This document shows positions 53,626 to 60,744 of a DNA stretch of 64,000 nt, one piece after another. The notes below the pieces were generated by a model, which saw nothing but the letters and a program-made list of their open reading frames with translations, did no database searches and had not been told where the DNA came from. Location of the stretch: NCBI GenBank assembly GCA_964528645.1, contig CAZGSR010000005.1:2719-66718 (forward strand). The letters run 5' to 3'. This DNA comes from an uncultured Mageeibacillus sp. (GTDB lineage: Bacteria > Bacillota > Clostridia > Saccharofermentanales > UBA5734). The first letter of the stretch is position 1. Each line of letters starts with the position of its first letter. The position numbers were made by a program, and so were the translations under genes.

Positions 53626-53865
53626 ATGGAAATCAAAGTTGTCGGATCTGGATGTACGAATTGCAAGAATGTCCTCGCCCGGACGCAACAGGCGGTCAAG
53701 GATTTGGGTGTAGACGCTCAGATCCTCTACATCACGGATATGGAGCAGATCATTGCCACGGGCATCCTGCAGACCCCAGGTCTAATCATCAATGGCAAAG
53801 TCAAATCTGCTGGTCGTGTGCCGTCGGTCAAGGAAATCACCAAGTTGATTGAGAGTGAGCTGTAA
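53626..53865 (+). CDS. small thioredoxin-fold protein (redox-active disulfide protein 2-like, 79 aa)
   Basis: MEIKVVGSGCTNCKNV ... LQTPGLIINGKVKSAGRVPS. SD AGAGGAG lies before ATG 53626, and the ORF-track start 53527 is unlikely. Confidence 0.75.
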   Translation: MEIKVVGSGCTNCKNVLARTQQAVKDLGVDAQILYITDMEQIIATGILQTPGLIINGKVKSAGRVPSVKEITKLIESEL

Positions 53866-53872
53866 ACATTGT

Positions 53873-54060
53873 CTTGACAGTCAAGTCCTATCTATGATAA
53901 AAAATGACCTGAAAAGCCGCAGGTGAAGATTTCCAGGTGACAACACCTTGAAATAATTACCCAGATACATATTGGAAGACCAACCCGTACAGTCATTCTA
54001 CTGGACGTTCGAGTAAGCCAATTATCCACAGCCGCAAGGTTTCCGGATATTGGCTTTTTT
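53873..54060 (+). promoter_or_regulatory. candidate promoter plus structured leader ending in an intrinsic terminator (attenuator/riboswitch-like or small RNA)
   Basis: Palindrome CTTGACAGTCAAG (53873-53885) contains TTGACA. A duplicated CAGGTGA (53920 and 53934) allows alternative ACCTG/CAGGT and AGGTG/CACCT pairings. The terminator at 54015-54060 lies 13 nt before the next SD. Confidence 0.4.
54015..54060 (+). terminator. intrinsic terminator immediately upstream of the 54085 gene
   Basis: AAGCCAATTATCC ... GGATATTGGCTT forms a ~12-bp stem with one bulge around a 17-nt loop, followed by a T6 tract. Confidence 0.65.
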
Positions 54061-54084
54061 ATTGTTCAAAAAGAGGAGAAAGCA

Positions 54085-54552
54085 ATGAAACACATCGAAA
54101 CAACAAGTCCGAGAACAACCGCTGGTCTGGGAACAGACATGCTGAGCAACCGCGAATTCTATTTTCTGCTGGAAAAATTTTGCCTGAAACAACACAAAGA
54201 CGCCACAAGCCATGATCATTTCCTGAACCGGTATTTCAACGATGAAGGCTATGTGGACCTCTGGCGGATCCCGAACCTGATGCTGGATGTGATCCAGCAA
54301 AACACCAAATTCCAGGCCCATATGGCCGAGGCAGAATTCCGGGCCACTTTCCAGATTTTTGTAGCCGACTTGTATCATTTCTGCCTGCATGCAATCCCTG
54401 CCTTTTCCACAATCCAGAAGGAAGACGCACCTGCAGCTGTTTCGCTGCAGCAACTGAAAGAACAGCAGCAGTTTGTCCAGTCCCTGATGGAAACATTCAT
54501 CCAGGTTCTGGAACAGCTCGGTGCCGAGGGGCAGTCAGAAGACGCAGCATGA
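54085..54552 (+). CDS. hypothetical protein (155 aa, acidic, predicted helical)
   Basis: SD GAGGAG 7 nt upstream. ATGA overlap with purK. No family recognised. Confidence 0.5.
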   Translation: MKHIETTSPRTTAGLGTDMLSNREFYFLLEKFCLKQHKDATSHDHFLNRYFNDEGYVDLWRIPNLMLDVIQQNTKFQAHMAEAEFRATFQIFVADLYHFCLHAIPAFSTIQKEDAPAAVSLQQLKEQQQFVQSLMETFIQVLEQLGAEGQSEDAA

Positions 54553-55727
54553 ACCAGATCATTCCACCTCCGGCGAAAATCGGCATCATTGGCGGCGGCC
54601 AGTTGGGTAAAATGCTGGCCAGCGCAGCCAAACGCATGGGCTACCATGTGACAATCCTGGACCCCAATCCATTTGCCCCGGCCGGGCAAGTGTCGGACCA
54701 GCAGATTGTCGCGGCATTTTCCGACACCGCAGCCATCCGCAGGCTGGCGGAGGAAGTAGCTGTCACCACCTTTGAATTCGAGCACATCGATGCAGACATC
54801 CTGATCGAACTGGAACGGGAGGGGCATCGCATCGTCCCTTCCGGATCCAGCTTGAAGATCATCCAGGACAAATTCATCCAGAAGTCATTTCTCAAAGACG
54901 CTGGGGTTCCGGCCCCGGCTTTTGCCGCAGTCACGACCCTGAAAGACTTGCGCGAATTCGCTGCCGTTCACGGATTCCCGCTGGTGATCAAAAACCGTAC
55001 CGGTGGTTATGATGGCAAAGGCACAACGATCATTGCAGATGATGATCAGCTCAAGCGCGTCTTGAAACAGATACCGGAAAATTCCTGCATGGTTGAGCAG
55101 TTTGTGCCGTTCAAACGTGAACTGTCTGTTCTGGCCGCGCGCAACGCCGGAGGGCAGGTGCAACTGTACCCGGTCGCCGAAAACATGCATGAACAGAGCA
55201 TTCTACAGATGTCGCGGGTACCGGCCCTGGTCAGTATGGACGTCGAAAAGGAAGCCCTGCAAATCAGTGAACGTGTGCTGGCAGCCTTTCAAGACTCAGG
55301 TGTTTATTGCATTGAGCTGTTCCAGACTCAGGACAACCGGATACTGGTCAATGAAGTGGCCCCTCGGCCCCATAACACTGGCCATTATTCCATAGAAGCC
55401 TGTGTGACCTCCCAGTTCGAACAGCTGGTCCGGATCATGACCGGCATGCCGTTGGGATCCACGCGCCTGAGATCACCCTGTGTCATGGCCAATCTCCTGG
55501 GCCATCGAGCAGTCCAGGGGCCATACACCATCCTGGGTCTGGAGGAAGTCTTGGTGGCGGAAGACATCCACTTGCATCTCTATGGTAAACAGCAGACCGC
55601 CCATTTGAAAAAACTGGGCCACCTGACTGCCTTGGGCGGCAATATCCTGCTGGCAGAAAGGAAATGCCGCAAAGCACTGGACCGGATCAAAATTGTTCCG
55701 TTGGCCATGCCTGATATCCCATCATAA
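54549..55727 (+). CDS. purK: N5-carboxyaminoimidazole ribonucleotide synthase (ATP-grasp)
   Basis: IGIIGGGQLGKML, PLVIKNRTGGYDGKG, ELSVLAAR, NEVAPRPHNTGHY and KLGHL motifs align to E. coli PurK throughout. Confidence 0.9.
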   Translation: MNQIIPPPAKIGIIGGGQLGKMLASAAKRMGYHVTILDPNPFAPAGQVSDQQIVAAFSDTAAIRRLAEEVAVTTFEFEHIDADILIELEREGHRIVPSGSSLKIIQDKFIQKSFLKDAGVPAPAFAAVTTLKDLREFAAVHGFPLVIKNRTGGYDGKGTTIIADDDQLKRVLKQIPENSCMVEQFVPFKRELSVLAARNAGGQVQLYPVAENMHEQSILQMSRVPALVSMDVEKEALQISERVLAAFQDSGVYCIELFQTQDNRILVNEVAPRPHNTGHYSIEACVTSQFEQLVRIMTGMPLGSTRLRSPCVMANLLGHRAVQGPYTILGLEEVLVAEDIHLHLYGKQQTAHLKKLGHLTALGGNILLAERKCRKALDRIKIVPLAMPDIPS

Positions 55728-55771
55728 AAAATGCCGGATCCCGCTTGTGCTGGAGATCCGGCATTTTTTTG
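55725..55771. terminator. bidirectional intrinsic terminator between purK and the ABC permease
   Basis: AAAAAATGCCGGATC-ccgcttgtgctgga-GATCCGGCATTTTTTT. Confidence 0.85.
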
Positions 55772-55786
55772 GCTGAATAGCGACGA

Positions 55787-56629
55787 TCAGTGTCCGGGAT
55801 GGATCCGGTGCGTATGCTTGATGTTCTGGATTTGCCGGTGCGTCATGACAACGCTCAGATAGATCAATGTGCTCAGGATGATGATGCTGACGCCAGATGG
55901 GATATTCGCATAGTAGGCGATCACCAGTCCCATCAGGGCAAAGCCAAATGAGAAGAGCATGGAGAACAAGATCACATTGCGGATCGATTTGAACAGGATC
56001 TTGGCGATTGAAACGGGTACGGTGAGCAGAGCAATGGCCAGGATAATGCCGACGACCTTGATCAGGACAATGATTCCAACCGGCAGGATCACATAGACGA
56101 GCAGTTGCAGGTAGTTGACTTTGATCCCGCGGGCTGCAGCATATTCTTCATCGAACAGATACAAGACCAGATGGTTGTAGAACATGACAAACAAGAGCCC
56201 GATCACGCCTGAAAAAACGGCCATGTAGAACAGGGAGCTGTTACCAACCGCCAGAATGTCGCCAAAGAGGTAGCTGGTCATATCCGGCATGTAGCCGGGG
56301 GCCATGGAGATGAACAGAATCCCCAGAGCCATGCCGAAAGCCCACAGGATGCCGGTCATGGTATCGGCTTTCATCTTGGATTTTTCCGGCATCTTGCTGA
56401 TCAGCAGAGAAGACGCCACCGCAAAAGCGATCCCGCCCAGGATTGGTTCGATGCCGATCAGATAGCCCAGGCCGATCCCGCCAAATGAGGCATGTGCGAT
56501 GCCGCCAGACATGCTGATCAGACGCTTTTCGATGGCAATGGTCCCAACGATACCGACCACGACACTGGCCAGCAGGGCTGCCAGCAGGGCGTTGCGCATA
56601 AAAGCATAATTCAGGATTGCATCAATCAT
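55787..56629 (-). CDS. metal (Zn/Mn) ABC transporter permease (ABC-3 family)
   Basis: A 280-aa polytopic protein. The pattern MIDAILNYAFMRNALLAALL ... is typical of ZnuB/MntB-like permeases. Overlaps the ATPase gene. Confidence 0.88.
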   Translation of the reverse strand: MIDAILNYAFMRNALLAALLASVVVGIVGTIAIEKRLISMSGGIAHASFGGIGLGYLIGIEPILGGIAFAVASSLLISKMPEKSKMKADTMTGILWAFGMALGILFISMAPGYMPDMTSYLFGDILAVGNSSLFYMAVFSGVIGLLFVMFYNHLVLYLFDEEYAAARGIKVNYLQLLVYVILPVGIIVLIKVVGIILAIALLTVPVSIAKILFKSIRNVILFSMLFSFGFALMGLVIAYYANIPSGVSIIILSTLIYLSVVMTHRQIQNIKHTHRIHPGH

Positions 56630-57354
56630 CGGATCAGACCATCCTTGAGAAGCTCCAGCAATACCCTGGGATCCGGGTAGGTGGTGACTGTTTTATTGAC
56701 ATAGAGCGCAACATCCGCGATCGGCAGTACCTCGTCCAGGTGATGACTGGCGAGGATGATCGTTTTCTCTTTCTTTAGACGGCACAGGACCTGGTACAGG
56801 TCACGGTTGGCATCGATATCCAGATTCGCGTCCGGCTCATCGAGGGCGATGATCGATGTGTCTGCAGCCATGGCCCGGGCGATCATGGCCCGGCGCAACT
56901 GGCCACCCGACAGCTGGCCGATACCGCGAGTTGCTAGCCCGGACAGCCCCACACAGTCAAGGGCTTCAAATGCTTTTTGATGGTCTTTTCTGGAATAGCT
57001 GTGAAAGGGGTAGATCCGCTTATCGAGCGTACCCATAAGGACAAAATCCCCAACCGTCAAAGGAAATGCGACATCAAAAGAAGGTGTCTGTGGGACATAG
57101 GCGACAGTGCCATAGCGGTCGATCTGGCCGCTTTCTGGTTTGAGCTGTCCGGTCATCAGGCGCATCAGGGTGCTTTTGCCACCGCCATTAGGTCCAACCA
57201 GCACAGTCAGAGTCGCAGGCTGTATCCCCAGGGAAACATCTCCGACCGCACAGACTTCCGCATAGCAAAAGCGGACATCGTGGAATACCAGCAAGTCCGG
57301 TTTGTCTGGCCTGGTCAGATGAGGCAGGATGGATGGTTCGCTTTGCTTATCCAT
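56626..57354 (-). CDS. metal ABC transporter ATP-binding protein
   Basis: Walker A GPNGGGKST, signature LSGGQLRR and Walker B IIALDEP. ATG 57354 overlaps the SBP gene stop, and the ORF-track start 57522 is too long. Confidence 0.88.
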   Translation of the reverse strand: MDKQSEPSILPHLTRPDKPDLLVFHDVRFCYAEVCAVGDVSLGIQPATLTVLVGPNGGGKSTLMRLMTGQLKPESGQIDRYGTVAYVPQTPSFDVAFPLTVGDFVLMGTLDKRIYPFHSYSRKDHQKAFEALDCVGLSGLATRGIGQLSGGQLRRAMIARAMAADTSIIALDEPDANLDIDANRDLYQVLCRLKKEKTIILASHHLDEVLPIADVALYVNKTVTTYPDPRVLLELLKDGLIR

Positions 57355-58303
57355 TGGCTTGGACCAGCGTCTGGGCGATGGCTTCCATGGCTGCGAGATA
57401 ATCGCCCGACAGAGGCTCGACTTTGGCTGTGACACCTTTGATTTCCTGGGCGACGATCCTGGCCTGAGTGTCATCGAACTCGGCCTGGTAAAAGACCACC
57501 CGGATCGACTTCTGCCGGGCATAATCGATGATGGCCTTGAGTTCCGCGGCAGTTGCTTCTTTACCCGCCAGTTCGATCGAGATCATGTTGAGCTCATAAT
57601 CTTCGGCAAAGTAGGCGTAGGATCCATGATAAATCAGGAAATCACGCGATTTCAGCTTTGCGAAGGAGTTACGAATGGATTGGTCGAGGGCTTGGAGGCT
57701 GGTGATGTAAGCCCGTGTATTGGATTGGAATTCTGCCGCATGTGCAGGATCTAAAGCAGTCAATTCTGCCTCAATCCGTTCGATGATGATGATGGCTCGC
57801 TTGGGCGATAGCCAGACATGATGATCGATCGTCTGAGCTGTTCCGTCAGCCTCAGCTTCCGTAGAACCAGACTCGCCCAGCAGGATGGACTGGCTGACCG
57901 GACGCAAGGGGTAAAACTCACCAACGGCCTGCTGCAGATCAACCAATTTGATATCTGAGTTGAAATCCTTCAGTCTGGGCAGGATGTTGGCCTTTTCCGT
58001 CGGTGTTTGCAAACTCAGGTACAGCGATGCATCCGACAGCGCCTGCATCTCGAGATTGCTGGGCTGATAATTGGCCGGACTGTTGCCAGGAGGGATCATG
58101 GTCACGACTTTGACGTGGGTACCGCCGACCGCTGTGACAAAAGAAGCCAACGGGACAATGCCGACTGCAACGGTGAGAGGCTGAGTGCTGCCAGCTTTTG
58201 ATGACTGTGCCGGCTCTGCGGCACACCCCGATGAAATTAACCCGATGGCAAGGGAAATTAAAACCAGAAGTGCTAGGGGTCGAGAAAAAGTTGATGGATT
58301 CAC
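57347..58303 (-). CDS. metal ABC transporter substrate-binding lipoprotein (ZnuA/TroA family)
   Basis: Lipobox LISSGC after a hydrophobic signal. YHGSYAYFAEDY and an acidic loop with DHH. GTG 58303 is preferred, and the alternative ATG 58366 lacks an SD. Confidence 0.8.
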   Translation of the reverse strand: MNPSTFSRPLALLVLISLAIGLISSGCAAEPAQSSKAGSTQPLTVAVGIVPLASFVTAVGGTHVKVVTMIPPGNSPANYQPSNLEMQALSDASLYLSLQTPTEKANILPRLKDFNSDIKLVDLQQAVGEFYPLRPVSQSILLGESGSTEAEADGTAQTIDHHVWLSPKRAIIIIERIEAELTALDPAHAAEFQSNTRAYITSLQALDQSIRNSFAKLKSRDFLIYHGSYAYFAEDYELNMISIELAGKEATAAELKAIIDYARQKSIRVVFYQAEFDDTQARIVAQEIKGVTAKVEPLSGDYLAAMEAIAQTLVQANG

Positions 58304-58464
58304 ACGTGACCTGCCTGACTTAATTATTTCAGCAAACAGGTCAAGTGTATCCTTTGAAATGAGCATATGTCAATTTTCATACGTTACAGATCGGGCGGAT
58401 AAGCGTGCCGAACCAGGGACAAAGGGGCTGCCTCTTCGGGCGAGTTCCCTTTTCGTACCTGCCA

Positions 58465-59001
58465 TCAATGCTCGGACAAGGCTGACAGATCGGGCTGGTG
58501 GGCGGTCGTGTTGCTAATGAGAAAATCCTGCTGCTCCGCTGTCAGGTCAGGGTTGGCGGCCTGGATGATATCTATGGCTGTCACAGGCAGATAAGAGTCT
58601 TCTTCGAGATCCATCGGAATGTTCTTGTACATGGACACAAAGATTTTGACGGAACCATTGCCGACGTCAAGTCCGGATGCTTCGTAAAGATCCTCCAGAT
58701 CGCCCGTCCGCAGATCTGCCGGATCGAGATCGGCAGGCAAACCAAAGGCTGTCAGCAAAACTGCCGGATCGATTTCAAAAGCAGTGGCAACTGAGGCAAA
58801 GGTGAAACTGCCCCGGATGTCTTCAGGTTCGAGGGATCCGGCTGTGACGGTCTGGTTGCGACCGCCGCCGTAACCACCCCCGCCTCCTTCGGATCCGCCA
58901 TTGCTGGTCGTACTCCAGATCCCGCTGAGCTGGGCGATGCCGATGCCGCCGAGAATAATCACAATTGTAATCAGTGCCATCAGGGCAGGTTTGATTTTCA
59001 T
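58465..59001 (-). CDS. hypothetical membrane-anchored protein with a Gly-rich linker (178 aa)
   Basis: N-terminal TM segment and GGSEGGGGGYGGG. Its start codon directly follows the stop of the upstream NapH-like gene (TGAATG). Confidence 0.5.
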   Translation of the reverse strand: MKIKPALMALITIVIILGGIGIAQLSGIWSTTSNGGSEGGGGGYGGGRNQTVTAGSLEPEDIRGSFTFASVATAFEIDPAVLLTAFGLPADLDPADLRTGDLEDLYEASGLDVGNGSVKIFVSMYKNIPMDLEEDSYLPVTAIDIIQAANPDLTAEQQDFLISNTTAHQPDLSALSEH

Positions 59002-59895
59002 TCAGGTATTCCTCGCTTTATTGAATGCTTCAGGGAGCAGTTCGATGGTGACAGTTTCAGGCACCGGGCAGCTGCGGTCCGATGTGCATTCGAGACAGCT
59101 GATGCACTGGGCATCGCGGACGTTCCCGGCTGTAGCGACCGCGATGTTCATCGGACAGTCACGATTGCAGCGGTTACAGCTGATGCAGCTTGAAGCTTGG
59201 CGGTGGATGGTGAAAATCCGGATTTTGTTAAACAAGCCGAGCAGTGCACCATAGGGACAGGCATATTTGCACCAGGGCCGGGCGACAAACAGGGACAAAA
59301 CCAGGGTGATGCCCAGGATGAGCAGAGCACCGATTGCAACTTCACCAGTCCAGAAATTGAATAACGCATAGTAGGGATCGATGGATTCAAACACCAGTTT
59401 GCCTGAGACAGCTGTCACATAGATGACCCAGGCAAGCAGTCCATAACGAAGCTGGCGCAAGATTTTATCCAGCTGGGCTGGAATCAGATGATTGTACCGC
59501 TTGCCCATCAGGCGTCGCCCCAGATTGCTGGTCCAGTCCTGGAGAGATCCGAGGGGACAGATCCAGCCGCAGAGCACAGGACCGAACAGGATGCTCAGAA
59601 TGACCGCCAAACCTGCCAGGATGACAGACGAAGCGTGTATCCGCTGGATGTAGCTGCCATCGGTGATCAGACTGTACAAGGTCACGACACCACCGAACGG
59701 ACAGATGGAATGCAAGGATACATTCGGCAGGAATTCCCAGCCAGGGATGCGTTCAGACAGGTTCTTCCCCAGAGCCAGGTAACTAACCAATGAGAAGAAA
59801 AAAATCTGCGTCGCGAGCCGGATGTTAAACATTTGTCTGCGCCTGGCTGACGACTTCGGTTCGAAACCGGTCTCTTTCATGGTTCCTCCAGTCAT
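59002..59895 (-). CDS. NapH/MauN/NosR-type membrane-bound 4Fe-4S binding protein
   Basis: TM segments with CPFGG, CGWICPLG and CKYACPYG. C-terminal CISCNRCNRDCP and CISCLECTSDRSCP. Confidence 0.8.
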   Translation of the reverse strand: MTGGTMKETGFEPKSSARRRQMFNIRLATQIFFFSLVSYLALGKNLSERIPGWEFLPNVSLHSICPFGGVVTLYSLITDGSYIQRIHASSVILAGLAVILSILFGPVLCGWICPLGSLQDWTSNLGRRLMGKRYNHLIPAQLDKILRQLRYGLLAWVIYVTAVSGKLVFESIDPYYALFNFWTGEVAIGALLILGITLVLSLFVARPWCKYACPYGALLGLFNKIRIFTIHRQASSCISCNRCNRDCPMNIAVATAGNVRDAQCISCLECTSDRSCPVPETVTIELLPEAFNKARNT

Positions 59896-59998
59896 TTCAA
59901 GTTCATTGTTTCAAATTAAGCTTACGGTCTAAATGTATTGAAATTGTTAGGATTGCACGGCAAGTCTCACACATTTTGAACATAATTTCCTCATATAA

Positions 59999-60679
59999 AT
60001 GGATCACATGGGGATCGATGATCAAATCTGCCGCTGGCAGCTCAACAAGGACTCAGAAGAGGCGGATCGCCTGATCCAGGCCTATCTTCCGTTTATCATC
60101 AAAACCTTGTCCAAAGCAGCAGGGCGCTTCATAGATCCGGCACAAGATGATGAATACAGCATTGGACTGCAGGCATTTTACGAAGCTATGCAACGCTTTG
60201 ACCGGGACAATGGGAAATTCCTGCCGTTTGCCCAGCTTGTCATGATCAGCAGGGTCAAAAGCTGGTGGAAACAAGATCGAAAGCACGGCCAACTTTCGCT
60301 GGATGAACTGGAGATCGAACCACCCTCTGTGACTGATCTGGCAGAGGACTTTTGCCGGGCTGAAGATATCCTCCTATTTATACGCCAATTGGAAGCATTC
60401 GGTTTGACACCGGAAGACCTTGTCAAGGCAACTCCGCAAAGGCGGGACGTCAGGGAAAATCTTTTGGAAATCGCCTGCAGAATGAGTCTGGAGCAGGACT
60501 TGATGGACACGATGAAGCTCAAACATCGGCTACCGATCCAGGCAGTGGCCAGACGTCTTTCGATCAACGCCCAGATGATCAAGCGGCATAAGGTCTATTT
60601 GCTGGCAGCGGCACTGGTCTATTCAGATCCACAATCCATGCTGGCGCAATGGCTGGGAAAATGTGGAGCACAATTTTGA
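59999..60679 (+). CDS. sigI: RNA polymerase sigma factor SigI
   Basis: LIQAYLPFIIKTLSKAAGRFIDPAQDDEYSIGLQAFYEAMQRFD closely parallels B. subtilis SigI region 2. Followed by an RsgI-type gene. Confidence 0.85.
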   Translation: MDHMGIDDQICRWQLNKDSEEADRLIQAYLPFIIKTLSKAAGRFIDPAQDDEYSIGLQAFYEAMQRFDRDNGKFLPFAQLVMISRVKSWWKQDRKHGQLSLDELEIEPPSVTDLAEDFCRAEDILLFIRQLEAFGLTPEDLVKATPQRRDVRENLLEIACRMSLEQDLMDTMKLKHRLPIQAVARRLSINAQMIKRHKVYLLAAALVYSDPQSMLAQWLGKCGAQF

Positions 60680-60744
60680 AAAAGGGTCAGTTAGCAGAAG
60701 TTTGTCGTGTATCTTATGGCAAATGCCATGAAGGAGATAAGTCA

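Larger units (their letters stand above)
48645..53865. mobile_element. putative genomic islet: serine recombinase plus arsenic-type cargo (boundaries not established)
   Basis: The recombinase abuts tRNA-Ser. The recombinase gene looks visibly less GC-rich than its flanks. Accessory-type cargo follows (acr3 and neighbours). No flanking direct repeats were found by eye. Confidence 0.3.

Noticed and set aside
53900-54060. The leader upstream of the unknown/purK pair, considered as a purine, ZTP or PRPP riboswitch.
   Set aside because: None of the conserved cores that I know for these classes could be located by eye. It is kept as an unclassified structured leader in the findings.
58344-58374. 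A TTGACA-18/19-TACACT promoter-like element and a possible Zur box upstream of the znuA-like gene.
   Set aside because: The spacer is longer than optimal. I could not find a Zur-type palindrome (AAATCGTAAT-N-ATTACGATTT). The evidence is too weak to list as a feature.
59857-59869. CGGTTCGAAACCG, a tRNA T-arm-like sequence, considered as a possible attR copy of the tRNA-Ser 3' end.
   Set aside because: It lies inside the NapH-like coding region. It has only a 3-bp stem and shares no further identity with tRNA-Ser. I found no convincing direct repeat of the tRNA 3' end downstream of the recombinase.
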